This document shows positions 1 to 9,895 of a stretch of DNA of 37,758 nucleotides, one piece after another. The notes beneath the pieces were generated by a model. The model saw nothing but the letters and a program-made list of their open reading frames with translations. It had not been told where the DNA came from and did no database searches. Every line of letters begins with the position of its first letter. Position 1 is the stretch's first letter. The translations under genes were made by a program, and so were the position numbers. Source of the DNA: Promethearchaeota archaeon (lineage in GTDB: Archaea; Asgardarchaeota; Lokiarchaeia; Sigyniarchaeales; SOKP01); the NCBI GenBank assembly GCA_019058015.1, contig JAHLWH010000019.1:1-37758 (forward strand), read 5' to 3'.

Positions 1-1
1 T

Positions 2-265
2 AAAAATGAAGATGGGTACTGGCAATTAAAAAATGTGAATAAACATTGCTACTTTTTTGATGAAAAAACCAAATTATGCAGTATTTATGAGTTCCGTCCT
101 GAAGGATGTAGGTATTATCCTTTAATTTATCTTGAAGATATTAAGATGTGCTCTCTTGATACCGATTGTCCAAGATGCGACAAGTTTTATCAGGATTGGA
201 GAGAACGTAGAGTAGCAACACAAAATTTGATGCAATATTTAAAAAATTACAATTTTATTGAATGA
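2..265 (+). CDS. YkgJ-family (Zn/Fe-chelating Cys cluster) protein, 5' truncated by window edge
   Basis: Frame is open from the window edge (KNEDGYWQLKNVNKHC...); motif CYFFD-x5-CSIYEFRPEGCRYYP matches the YkgJ C-x-F...C-x-IY-x2-RP-x2-CR-x-YP pattern. Confidence 0.8.
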   Translation, partial: KNEDGYWQLKNVNKHCYFFDEKTKLCSIYEFRPEGCRYYPLIYLEDIKMCSLDTDCPRCDKFYQDWRERRVATQNLMQYLKNYNFIE

Positions 266-483
266 ATGGAAAATGTAATAAAAAACATGAGTTTAATGAA
301 TTTTTTTTAATTCTTATATTATTTTTTTCTTTAAGTTCATGGGGATCCAGATTTTTTTTAACACCAAAACTGTTTGGAATATTTTGAAATCTAATATGAG
401 AATAGATTATACTTTTTTCATAATTATCTTCTGTATTCTAATGGTTTCATTTACTTTTTAATAGATTAATGATATATGAAGAT

Positions 484-1374
484 ATGGATGATTCCTTTTA
501 TTTATTAGGAGTTTTATTAGCAATACTAACAGGAGTAGTAAATAATTTTGGAACTGTATTGCAAAAGAAAGTTGTAAATGATCTCCGAGAAGATTCAAAA
601 TTTATGAGGAGTTTGATTAAGAGACCATTATGGCTTCTAGGATTAGTTATGGGGCTAGGTCTCGGTACATCTTTTTTTCTAACAGCTCAAATATTTATTG
701 GACCAGCACTCATCCCAGGTCTCATGGCTTCAGGTTTAATTGTTCTAGCTCTGGGTTCAATTAAAATTGTAGGGGAGAAATTAAAGAGAGAAGAAATAAT
801 AGGAATTATATTGATGATTCTAGGTATATTTTTATTGGGCATTAGCGAATTATCAATTAATATCGCTGAAACAAATTTATTAGAAGTAGGTTTTCTTATT
901 AGAACAATAATTTTCACCATCCTTTTAACTATATTTGCTGCATTTTGCGGAATTTTTCAAAAAAAAAAAGAAAAATATAAAGGAATATTATTAGCAATTT
1001 TTTCAGGTTTTATGTTCGCACTTTCAAATTTTTGGATAAGCCCATTAATGGGTGTTATTTCTCATATTTTTGGAGGCATGTATAACTTAGGTGAACTTAT
1101 ACTATTTATTTCCTCATCGATAATTTTAGTTTTAACTAATATGATTGGTATAATGACAATTCAACAGTCTTTTAGAGTAGATCAAGCAAGTAATATGATT
1201 CCTATTCAACAAGTGCCGATACAAACAACACCGATAATAGTATATTTTTTAGTATTTTTATTAGCTGCTCCTAATGTCTATTCTATTTTTTATTTAATTG
1301 TTGGTGTCATTTTAATTCTTTTTAGTTCATTTTTATTAGGAAAAAAACAAGCTCAATTAGAAGAAATCAAATAA
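484..1374 (+). CDS. DMT-superfamily multi-pass membrane transporter, NIPA/Mg2+-transporter-like (copy 1)
   Basis: About 9 hydrophobic segments; G-x-x-LA...LQKK...PLWLLG pattern resembling NIPA; start placed at ATG 484 by alignment with paralog 8170..9063 (ORF extends to 469). Confidence 0.7.
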   Translation: MDDSFYLLGVLLAILTGVVNNFGTVLQKKVVNDLREDSKFMRSLIKRPLWLLGLVMGLGLGTSFFLTAQIFIGPALIPGLMASGLIVLALGSIKIVGEKLKREEIIGIILMILGIFLLGISELSINIAETNLLEVGFLIRTIIFTILLTIFAAFCGIFQKKKEKYKGILLAIFSGFMFALSNFWISPLMGVISHIFGGMYNLGELILFISSSIILVLTNMIGIMTIQQSFRVDQASNMIPIQQVPIQTTPIIVYFLVFLLAAPNVYSIFYLIVGVILILFSSFLLGKKQAQLEEIK

Positions 1375-1454
1375 AATTATTAAAAGGTTAAGATAATTGG
1401 TAATTAGAATTGAATTGTCTTAGAGTTAAAAAAAAATTTTTTTCTGAATGAAAT

Positions 1455-2252
1455 ATGGCAAAAATGATTTTCTTTCAAGCACATCCAGATGATTTGGAGC
1501 ATAAATGCGGGCATATAATGCATTATCTTGCCACAAAAAGTAATAATAAGTATATTATTAAAATTGCTTCAATGACTAAAGGTGAATTTGGCCTTCCAGG
1601 TGCTCAGTATGATAAGTTTAAAGGCGATTTCCTTGCAAAAGTCAGAATGCGCGAACTATTTAATGCTGAAAGTATTCATGGTATCCCTCCTGAAAATATC
1701 GAATTTTTTGGTTATATAGATGGTTTTGTAAAATTCAATAAAGAATTTATTAAAAAAATTACTGTTTATCTCACACGAGAAAAACCAGATATAATATTTG
1801 CCCCAGAAGCGCTTTACACTTGGTATTATCATATGGATCATGTCAATACTGGTAGAGCAATATTTTATATAATTCACAATAAATTAATTGATTTTACTCC
1901 TATTCTATATTTCTATACTTCATTAAGCCCGAATTTTTTCTTTGGGTTTAAAAAAGAAGATCTTGCATTAACATATCAATTACTTGCATGTCATAAAACG
2001 CAAAATTGGTTACTTAATTATACAACAATTCCTTATAAATTTACGAGTAGATTTGCTGGAAGAAAAATCAGAGGTTGGAAGTACGCAGAACCTTTTCGAC
2101 GTGTTTATTTTAATAAAATCAATTTACAAAAGAATAAACCATCGTTAATAGTGCGAATTTTTACTCATTTTTTTTCCAAACTACCATGGTTCAAGGCAAA
2201 ATATCCTCAAGACATATTGTTAGAACTTAAAAAGAAAAAAGGCAGAAAATAA
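1455..2252 (+). CDS. PIG-L/LmbE-family deacetylase
   Basis: AHPDD, T-x-GE-x-G, R-x2-E and H-x-DH (YHMDH) motifs. Confidence 0.85.
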   Translation: MAKMIFFQAHPDDLEHKCGHIMHYLATKSNNKYIIKIASMTKGEFGLPGAQYDKFKGDFLAKVRMRELFNAESIHGIPPENIEFFGYIDGFVKFNKEFIKKITVYLTREKPDIIFAPEALYTWYYHMDHVNTGRAIFYIIHNKLIDFTPILYFYTSLSPNFFFGFKKEDLALTYQLLACHKTQNWLLNYTTIPYKFTSRFAGRKIRGWKYAEPFRRVYFNKINLQKNKPSLIVRIFTHFFSKLPWFKAKYPQDILLELKKKKGRK

Positions 2253-2314
2253 TGTTATAAAATAAAGAAAAATTTAAGAAAAAAATCAAATCATATTATA
2301 TATAGGTATAAAAA

Positions 2315-3091
2315 ATGAGAGTAAAGGGTAAAATTGTTGTATTGACCGGAGCAGCTTCTGGAATTGGAAGATCTACCGCAATTTTATTTGCTAAAGAAGG
2401 TGCAATACAAGTTCTTTCGGATATAAATGAAGAAGGTTTAAAAAAAACATATGAAATGATAGAAGAAGGTAAAGATAGAACCACTATAATGAAAGTAGAT
2501 GTGAAAAATCCTGAAGAAGTTAAGAACATGATTGATATAACAATAGAAAAACATAGAAGAATAGATGTTTTAATTGTTAATGCAGGTGTAGTACGAGTGG
2601 GACAGGTTGAGACTTTTCCTGATGAAGATTATGATCTATTAATTGATGTTAATCTAAAGGGAACACATTATACATGTAAATACGCAGTTCCTTATTTTAA
2701 AAAACAAAAATCGGGTTCAATAATCACACTAGCTTCTGTTGCGGCTCATATTGGACAAGTTGCACACGCAAATTATTGCTCCACAAAAGCAGGTGTGTTG
2801 GGTTATACTAGAGCTTTAGCTTTGGATTTAGCTCCCTATAATGTTCGAGTTAACAGTGTTTCACCAGGAGCAACCGATACACCTATGTTACAAAGTGATG
2901 TAGCGAAACAAGCTAGAGATAGAGGTGTTACATACGAAGAAATTAAAAAAGAATTTGAACAGGAGGGTGTCATGGGACGGTGGGCAACCCCAGAAGAAAT
3001 AGCTTCAGGTATTCTTTTTTTGGCAACTGAAGAATCTTCCTATATGACAGGGGCTGATATACGCTTAGATGGCGGGTGGACAACTCAGTAA
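2315..3091 (+). CDS. Short-chain dehydrogenase/reductase (classical SDR)
   Basis: TGAASGIG, NAG, S...YCSTK catalytic motif, C-terminal DGG. Confidence 0.93.
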   Translation: MRVKGKIVVLTGAASGIGRSTAILFAKEGAIQVLSDINEEGLKKTYEMIEEGKDRTTIMKVDVKNPEEVKNMIDITIEKHRRIDVLIVNAGVVRVGQVETFPDEDYDLLIDVNLKGTHYTCKYAVPYFKKQKSGSIITLASVAAHIGQVAHANYCSTKAGVLGYTRALALDLAPYNVRVNSVSPGATDTPMLQSDVAKQARDRGVTYEEIKKEFEQEGVMGRWATPEEIASGILFLATEESSYMTGADIRLDGGWTTQ

Positions 3092-3180
3092 AAATTTTTT
3101 ATTAAAAATTATGAAACACGGTCTTATAGGATCTTACATCTGAAAAACTTTATTTTTAGAACAAAACTAATTAAATTAAA

Positions 3181-5103
3181 ATGGCATTAAAAATTAAAAA
3201 AGAATGGTTTATTGATGAAAAAGGTCGAATAGTATTATTGAGAGGAGTGAATTTAGGAGGGAGTTCAAAAGTTCCTGTGACTCCTAATGGAGCAACTCAT
3301 ATCAAAACAGATTTTAGTGATTATAGGGATGTTTCTTTTGTAGGTCATCCTTTTCCAATAAAGGAAGCAGATGAACATTATAAACGATTAAAACATTGGG
3401 GTTTCAATTGCTTGAGATTTCTAGTAACTTGGGAAGCAATCGAACACCAAGGGCCTAAGCAATACGATAAAGAATATTTAGATTATGTTGAAGAGTTATT
3501 AAAAATTGCTGAGAGCTATGGGTTTTATACATACATTGATCCACACCAAGATGTTTGGAGCAGAATGACGGGTGGAGATGGAGCCCCTAGCTGGACTTTT
3601 GAAAAGGTCGGTTTAGATTATACGAAGTTTGACGCTTCTGAGGCTGCTTTTATAATGCAATATCGATATGATCCTGAAGATCCGAAAAAATACCCTCCAA
3701 TGTATTGGGTTGGGAATACTTATAGATTTGCAAACGGATCGATGTGGACACTTTTCTTTGGTGGAAACGATTTTGCGCCATCGTTAAAAATAGAAGGTGT
3801 TAATGTTCAAGATTACTTGCAAAATCACTTTTTTGACGCAATTAAACAAGTAGCGTTAAGAGTAAAAGATAATCCCTATGTAATTGGATTTGAAACGTTA
3901 AATGAACCTAATGAAGGATGGATAGGGAAATATGTTGATGGAAGCGAATGGAAGGGCATTTCTGAAGTATTAGGATATGCATTTACCCCAAAAAATGCAA
4001 TGCTTACGGGAGCAGGATATCCTAGAACAGTTGGTTATAGAGAAGTTAAAAGATTTGGCGTTAAAGAAACCAGAAGAGACGAATTAAATAGAGACAAAAA
4101 TTCATGTTGGTTGGAAGGGTTAGAGGATATTTGGAAAAAGGAGGGTGTTTGGGATTTAGACGATAATGGCAATCCAATTGTTTTAAATAACGATTACTTT
4201 GTAATTAAGAACGGGAAAAAGATCGATTTCTGTCACGACTATTTATCTCCTTTTATAAAGAGATATACTGAAGCTGTCCGAAGTGTTATCACTAATGCAA
4301 TAATTTTTTTTGAGTGTTCATCGGAAAGTATGATGAAAGGGGAACCTTTACATTTAGATTTACCGAATAATATTGTGAATGCTGCACATTGGTATGATGT
4401 GGCTACGATAGGTACAAAACGAGCAATGATCAAGGCAAATTTCAATATCATCACGGGAAAACCAGTCGTTGGAAAAAAAAATGTCCAAAATATGTTTAAT
4501 TCACAACTTGAAAACATTAGAAGTTTCTCTAAATCGATACATGGAGGAATTCCAACTTTAATAGGAGAATTTGGGCTAACTTATGATATCAATAAAAAAG
4601 AAGCGTATGAAATATTTAAAACCGAGCCAAATCAAGCTTGGAAAACTCATGTAAAAGCACTTAATTTGTATTACAACGCTTTGGATATTAACCTCTTAAG
4701 TTCTACTCAATGGAATTATACTGCTGATAATAATAACGTGTGGGGAGACTTATGGAACTTGGAGGATTTATCAATCTTTAGCAAGGATCAACAGATCGAT
4801 CCAGCTGATATAAATAGCGGAGGAAGGGCAATTAATGGTTTCTGTCGTCCACATTTCATTCGTTGTGCTGGTATTCCATTAAAAATGGAGTTTAACATTA
4901 AGGATGGAACATTTAATTTTGAATTTGATGGAAAAACTTCAATTCAGGCGCCAACAATTATTTATATTCCAAAAATTCATTATCCGAATGGCTATGAAAT
5001 AAATGTTTCTGAAGGAGAAATTAAGAAAGAAGAAGATATACAATTAGTTTTGGTAAAAATAAAAGAGGATGGAGTTCATACCATAAATATTACAAGAATT
5101 TAA
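3181..5103 (+). CDS. Glycoside hydrolase family 5, endoglycoceramidase-related (EGCrP/GH5_12-like), with C-terminal beta-sandwich domain
   Basis: GRIVLLRGVNLGGSSKVP, SFVGHPFP, WEAIEH, DPHQDVWSRMTGGDGAP, acid/base NEP, nucleophile IGEFG, WNYT...WGDLWNLEDLSIFS...GGRA. Confidence 0.88.
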   Translation: MALKIKKEWFIDEKGRIVLLRGVNLGGSSKVPVTPNGATHIKTDFSDYRDVSFVGHPFPIKEADEHYKRLKHWGFNCLRFLVTWEAIEHQGPKQYDKEYLDYVEELLKIAESYGFYTYIDPHQDVWSRMTGGDGAPSWTFEKVGLDYTKFDASEAAFIMQYRYDPEDPKKYPPMYWVGNTYRFANGSMWTLFFGGNDFAPSLKIEGVNVQDYLQNHFFDAIKQVALRVKDNPYVIGFETLNEPNEGWIGKYVDGSEWKGISEVLGYAFTPKNAMLTGAGYPRTVGYREVKRFGVKETRRDELNRDKNSCWLEGLEDIWKKEGVWDLDDNGNPIVLNNDYFVIKNGKKIDFCHDYLSPFIKRYTEAVRSVITNAIIFFECSSESMMKGEPLHLDLPNNIVNAAHWYDVATIGTKRAMIKANFNIITGKPVVGKKNVQNMFNSQLENIRSFSKSIHGGIPTLIGEFGLTYDINKKEAYEIFKTEPNQAWKTHVKALNLYYNALDINLLSSTQWNYTADNNNVWGDLWNLEDLSIFSKDQQIDPADINSGGRAINGFCRPHFIRCAGIPLKMEFNIKDGTFNFEFDGKTSIQAPTIIYIPKIHYPNGYEINVSEGEIKKEEDIQLVLVKIKEDGVHTINITRI

Positions 5104-5196
5104 TAAATATTTTTTTCCTTATTATTGTTATTATTATTATTTTAACTAGTTAATTTGGATTAATTTATAATAAAAAAAAATGCAAAAATAAAATAA

Positions 5197-6330
5197 TTAT
5201 TCCCATTTCAAATTTCCATAATTTTTTTGCATTACCTCTTCTAAACCATCTAAAATGCTTTTTGTACCCATGGTTTTATAAGTTTTCATTAATTCATCCA
5301 TCGTTGTGATGGTCCCTTTTTTAGCAGAAAGATAAGAAAGAAGTACTACAGCAACACCTTGTTTTGCTTGTTCGGGAGTAAATTCTGGCTCCTTATCTTC
5401 TAGAATGCATTCGGCAAAATAAGCATCTTCATGTCCCATGGATATTTTATAATATTTTGGAAATGAACCGTGTTCAATTGAGGGGCTATAAAACTCTCCC
5501 TTTTTTTCTGCATCTGGATGTGAAGAAAGAATTTGAACGGGTTTTTCCCAGGAATGATCTTCAAGAATAGTACCTTTGGTTCCATGCAACTCCGTTCTAT
5601 TGGTGGGAGGATGAACTGTATTAGAAGAAATATCAACAGTTATTATAGCTCCACTTTTATATCGTAAGAGAACAATTGCAGTATCTTCTCCTTTATTAGG
5701 GGGAGAATTCATAGTTTTTCCCAGCCAGCATTGTGCAGAATCGACCTCTCCAAGAAACCAATTTAACATGGTAAATTTATGAACTCCTTGATCAGCAACA
5801 ACCCCACCACCTCCCCTATCATAAGTAAATGACCAAGAATCTGGATTGAGAAATTGATCAGGGCTAACATAGGCACCCTCATAAGTTCGACCAAGAAAAA
5901 CATCTCCAATAAAACCGCAATCTATAGCATCCTTTATAAATTGATGGGCAGGAAGAAAGCGATGATTTTCTGCAATCATGAATTTCACGTTTGCTTTTTT
6001 AGTTGCTGCTATCATTTCATCGCATTCTTCAAGCGTGGTTGCCATCGGTTTTTCGCAAATAACGTGTTTCCCTGATTCAGCTGCAGCAACAACCATATCT
6101 TTATGAAGATAATGAGGGACCATGATGAGTACAGCATCAATATCGCTCTTAAAAAAATTATCTAAATTTAAATAAGTCTCTAGTTTAGAATATTTGGTAA
6201 CACTGTTTAGTTTTTTCTCGTCGATATCATATGCAGTAACGAACTTTATTTTCGAATTATTTTTGGAGCCAAGCTTATGAAAACGCCATACCGCCCCCGT
6301 CCCAATTATACCAAATTTAACAAAATCCAT
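5197..6330 (-). CDS. Gfo/Idh/MocA-family oxidoreductase (copy 1)
   Basis: GIIGTG Rossmann motif, GKHVICEKP, GGG-x3-DQGVH. Confidence 0.92.
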   Translation of the reverse strand: MDFVKFGIIGTGAVWRFHKLGSKNNSKIKFVTAYDIDEKKLNSVTKYSKLETYLNLDNFFKSDIDAVLIMVPHYLHKDMVVAAAESGKHVICEKPMATTLEECDEMIAATKKANVKFMIAENHRFLPAHQFIKDAIDCGFIGDVFLGRTYEGAYVSPDQFLNPDSWSFTYDRGGGGVVADQGVHKFTMLNWFLGEVDSAQCWLGKTMNSPPNKGEDTAIVLLRYKSGAIITVDISSNTVHPPTNRTELHGTKGTILEDHSWEKPVQILSSHPDAEKKGEFYSPSIEHGSFPKYYKISMGHEDAYFAECILEDKEPEFTPEQAKQGVAVVLLSYLSAKKGTITTMDELMKTYKTMGTKSILDGLEEVMQKNYGNLKWE

Positions 6331-6432
6331 AAAATCATACCTCTAACATTTTATAATTTCGTGAATGAATTTCTTAAGTTTTTGCACGAATATTAGAAAT
6401 AAATAAATATTATTCTCATTTTTTATTCGACT

Positions 6433-7557
6433 TTATTTAACAAAAATGTTTTTATCTAAACTTGAAAGCCTTTCACAACCAGATTTGGTAATCCTATAGC
6501 AATCTTCTACCCCAATCAAACCCTGATTTTTGAAATTTTGCCAAATTTCAATATCAAGAACCATATTCTCTTCAAACGGAATATCAAGGGTCTTCATTGG
6601 ACTGAACAAATGAGTTTCCTCACATTCTAATCCAATGCTATGACCTGTAATGAAACACCTTCCTCGCCTTGCAAGAGATTTATGATAATTTTTAGCATTA
6701 TTGTATAATTCTTTCATGTTTAAACCAGGTTTAATGTTCTTTACGCAATATTCTTGTACCTTAATTATTCGATCCATAACTTCTTCAGCACCATCAGGTA
6801 TTTCTCCTATTACTAGTTCCCTACTAACATCTGATACATATCCTTTCCAAATGGTTCCAATATCAAATCTATTAAGATCCCCGGATTTCATGGTGGTTCC
6901 TATTCCTGGTGCTTCGGGATCAGAGGGTCCCAAGTTCATTGTAAGATGATCCCATCCTTCTGCACCTTCATCAACTATAGTTCTTCTAGCGATTTGTAAT
7001 AATTCATTATCTGTTATTCCTTCATGAGCCGCATCAATCATGGCTTTTATTGCCTTTTCAGAAATTTCCGTAGACTTTCTTATGCGTTTCACTTCCTCTT
7101 CTGATTTAATTAACCGCATGTCCAAAAAAGCTTGATCGCCATTAGCAAAGGTCGCATTTGGAAATTTATTTCTTAAATATTCAGATTGATAAGAGGGCAT
7201 TAGAGATTCATATCCGATATTTTTTTCTGATAACCCCCATTTTTCAATTCTATCTGATACTTCTACCATTGCTGCTTTAGGAGACCCAATTCCACTTACA
7301 TCCTTAACCCAAGAAAATTTATCTACACTACTGTATGTAATCCAAGTTATTAAACTTTCCTCTCCATCCCTCCGTACTAAAGATAAACTTGGATATTGAT
7401 TATATAAGACATATAAAATAGGATTGGGAGCCACATGTAACGTTGGTAAGCCAGTTGTATAAAATACATTTACCGGAATAGAAGCAACCAACACATCAAT
7501 ATCATGTTTTTCCAAAATGTTGCGCGCTTTTTCTTTACTAAAACCAATTGGTTCCAT
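6433..7557 (-). CDS. M24 (Xaa-Pro peptidase/creatinase fold) hydrolase
   Basis: R-x-IKSEEE, DIG-x4-GYVSDVSR, GHSIGLE, DIE, GVED metal-ligand pattern; N-terminal creatinase-like domain. Confidence 0.88.
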   Translation of the reverse strand: MEPIGFSKEKARNILEKHDIDVLVASIPVNVFYTTGLPTLHVAPNPILYVLYNQYPSLSLVRRDGEESLITWITYSSVDKFSWVKDVSGIGSPKAAMVEVSDRIEKWGLSEKNIGYESLMPSYQSEYLRNKFPNATFANGDQAFLDMRLIKSEEEVKRIRKSTEISEKAIKAMIDAAHEGITDNELLQIARRTIVDEGAEGWDHLTMNLGPSDPEAPGIGTTMKSGDLNRFDIGTIWKGYVSDVSRELVIGEIPDGAEEVMDRIIKVQEYCVKNIKPGLNMKELYNNAKNYHKSLARRGRCFITGHSIGLECEETHLFSPMKTLDIPFEENMVLDIEIWQNFKNQGLIGVEDCYRITKSGCERLSSLDKNIFVK

Positions 7558-7646
7558 TTTATATCAAATCATTAATTATTAATTTAGTTGTAATTTTCAA
7601 AATCTTTTTCAATTAAAGAAAAAAAATAAATAGAAGCTTAAAATTT

Positions 7647-7988
7647 CTAATCTATATCCATAAATATCTCTAATTTTTGTAGACTTCCCATATCTCCTTT
7701 GGTTTTAAGTTCTCCCTCCATAAATGCTTCCATTGGATCTTCTTCTCCAGTGGCAATACCAATAAAGACATCTGAGTTAACTTCTAAACCCATTACTGCA
7801 TTTTCGTCAAAACCATCCTCTATTCTTGCTTTTTTATTCTCAAAAATCATTTTTAGTTTATAATCAATATCAGGAAATTCGAATTGCATTATTTTATTAA
7901 ATCCCTCAAATTCATCTGCGATTTCTGGATCGTCTAACATTTTGACCCATCTATTTAGAGCATCTTTAATTTCTTCGGCAGTAGCCAT
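7647..7988 (-). CDS. SCP2 sterol/lipid-binding domain protein
   Basis: G-x-x-DPMEAFMEGELKTKGD signature of SCP2; ATG 7988 preceded by a GGTG Shine-Dalgarno-like motif. Confidence 0.85.
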   Translation of the reverse strand: MATAEEIKDALNRWVKMLDDPEIADEFEGFNKIMQFEFPDIDYKLKMIFENKKARIEDGFDENAVMGLEVNSDVFIGIATGEEDPMEAFMEGELKTKGDMGSLQKLEIFMDID

Positions 7989-8169
7989 TAAATACACCTT
8001 TCAATTATTTTTTTAATTACATTTTTATCTTTTTTTATTAAAACTTTTATTTTTAATTAAGAAATGTTTTGTTTTTGTAATTTATATAATTTTTTATACA
8101 TATTTTGTGGATTTAGCAATTCCTTAACGATGTTTTCAAATTTTTTTGCATCTATTAGATTTTCCCTTA

Positions 8170-9063
8170 TTATTTTATTGCTTCTAATTGCGCTTGCCTT
8201 TTTGCTAGTAAAAACGAACTTATTATGATAATAATAACACCAACACTCATGTAGATAATAGAAAGGAAGCTAGGAGGAGTTAACATAAATACTATAAAGT
8301 AAAATAATACTGGCGTCACTTGTATGGGAACTTGTTGAATCGGAATCATGTTTGATGCCTGAGCAACTTGAAAAGCTTGCGTAATTTTCATGATTCCAAT
8401 AATACTACCTACAATTAAAATTGCTACACAACAAAGAAATAAAATAAGTTCTCCTAAACTAGAAGTACCTCCGAAGACATGAGCGATGACGCCCATCAAT
8501 GGTGCAATCCAGAAGTTCGTGAGTGAAAATTGGAATCCTGAAGAAATAGCTAATAAAATCCCTTTAAACTTTTTACTTTTTCTTTGAAGAATTTCACATA
8601 AACCGGATCCTATAAATAAAACTACTGTAAAAATAGCCATTCTAAAAACAAGAGCTATTTCTAATAAATCTATATTAGAGATATCAATTGACAATTCACT
8701 AATACCGAGTAAGAAAATCGCAAGTATCATTAATAATATTCCCGTTATTTCTTCTTTTTTTAAGGTTTCACTAACAATTTTGACAGACCCGATAGCAAGA
8801 AAAATTAAACCAAAAGCCATTAATCCCGGAATTAATGCTGGACCAATATATAACTGAGCCAACATGAAAAATATTGATCCTATTGCTAGTTCCATCAATA
8901 AACCCATTATCCAAAGCGGTTTTTTCACTAAATTACGGAAAAATTTCTCCTCCTCTGCAACAACTTCATTAACTACTTTTTTCTGGAAAACTAACCCGAT
9001 ATTATTCACGCTTCCCGAAGTAATTGCTAGGAAGACCCCAAGCCAATATAAAGAAGCATCCAT
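8170..9063 (-). CDS. DMT-superfamily multi-pass membrane transporter, NIPA-like (copy 2)
   Basis: Full-length paralog of 484..1374 (shared IGPALIPGLMA, NFWI-x-PLMGVI-x-H, QASNMIPIQQVPIQ, QAQLE-x-IK). Confidence 0.7.
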   Translation of the reverse strand: MDASLYWLGVFLAITSGSVNNIGLVFQKKVVNEVVAEEEKFFRNLVKKPLWIMGLLMELAIGSIFFMLAQLYIGPALIPGLMAFGLIFLAIGSVKIVSETLKKEEITGILLMILAIFLLGISELSIDISNIDLLEIALVFRMAIFTVVLFIGSGLCEILQRKSKKFKGILLAISSGFQFSLTNFWIAPLMGVIAHVFGGTSSLGELILFLCCVAILIVGSIIGIMKITQAFQVAQASNMIPIQQVPIQVTPVLFYFIVFMLTPPSFLSIIYMSVGVIIIIISSFLLAKRQAQLEAIK

Positions 9064-9317
9064 TTCTTTCAGCTCATCTATTTTTTCTTTTTTATAAAAT
9101 ATATAATCATTAATTGGTTTAATCAGTTAATAAATCTTTTTTCGAAAAAGTCGAATTGTTCGTAATAATTTATGCATGGGAAAAAAAAAGCTGTTAAAGT
9201 TAATTTAAATTTTACTTCTTCTTTTAGCAATTTAACTAAAATATGTTATAAAATTAATCCTCTACCTCAATAAATCTAAAAACTTTTGAAAATCTTCAAT
9301 CTATGTATTATATCTAT

Positions 9318-9719
9318 TTAGACCGTCATGCCACCATCAATAGACAAGCTTATTCCAGTGCAAAATTTATTGAGAGCAAGAAATAGCACACCTTCTGCAA
9401 TTTCTTCGGGTGATCCTAACCTTCCCAAAAGTTGGCGTGCAATAAATTGACTTCTTGGTTCCTCAGGATGTTCAAATTTTGCTAATCGTTTAGCTAGAGA
9501 AGGTGTATCAGTTGTACCTGGGCAAATACAGTTTACTCTTATTCGATCTTCGATATAATCAATAGCCATAGCTCTCGTCATGGATAACACTGTACCTTTA
9601 GATGCAGTATACGCAGTTCTTTCCTTAACTCCTTTAAATGCAACAGATGAAGCATTATTTATTATTGTTCCTTTAGTTTTTTTCAAATAATGAATAGCAT
9701 ATTTTGATACTAAATAAAT
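9318..9719 (-). pseudogene. 3' remnant of an SDR gene, duplicate of the C-terminal half of 11096..11842
   Basis: 133 aa align ungapped with 11096..11842 with 19 differences by manual count; no Rossmann N-terminus; similarity stops abruptly near 9719. Confidence 0.9.
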
Positions 9720-9734
9720 AAATCTATTAATCAG

Positions 9735-9863
9735 ATGATTATTTATATTGAAGTTTGGCAAAATTTTCAAAATTTTGGCTTACTTGGAATTGAAGATTGT
9801 ATTACAATTATCAATACTGATTGCGAAAGGCTTTCGAGCCTTGACAAGAATATTTTTATTTAA
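9735..9863 (+). pseudogene. 3' remnant of an M24 hydrolase gene, inverted paralog of the end of 6433..7557
   Basis: Manual translation MIIYIEVWQNFQNFGLLGIEDCITIINTDCERLSSLDKNIFI* versus MVLDIEIWQNFKNQGLIGVEDCYRITKSGCERLSSLDKNIFVK*; not in the ORF track. Confidence 0.88.
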
Positions 9864-9895
9864 TAAAATTCTAAATTTAGAAAGTTAATTTTAAT

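Noticed and set aside
287-388. Short hydrophobic ORF of about 33 aa in the first spacer
   Set aside because: Poly-T low complexity gives Phe/Leu by chance; no ribosome-binding site or homology cue
9720-9770. N-terminus of the 150-aa SDR ORF in the track
   Set aside because: These codons are largely the antisense of the M24 remnant; there is no Rossmann motif, so it is not a real full gene
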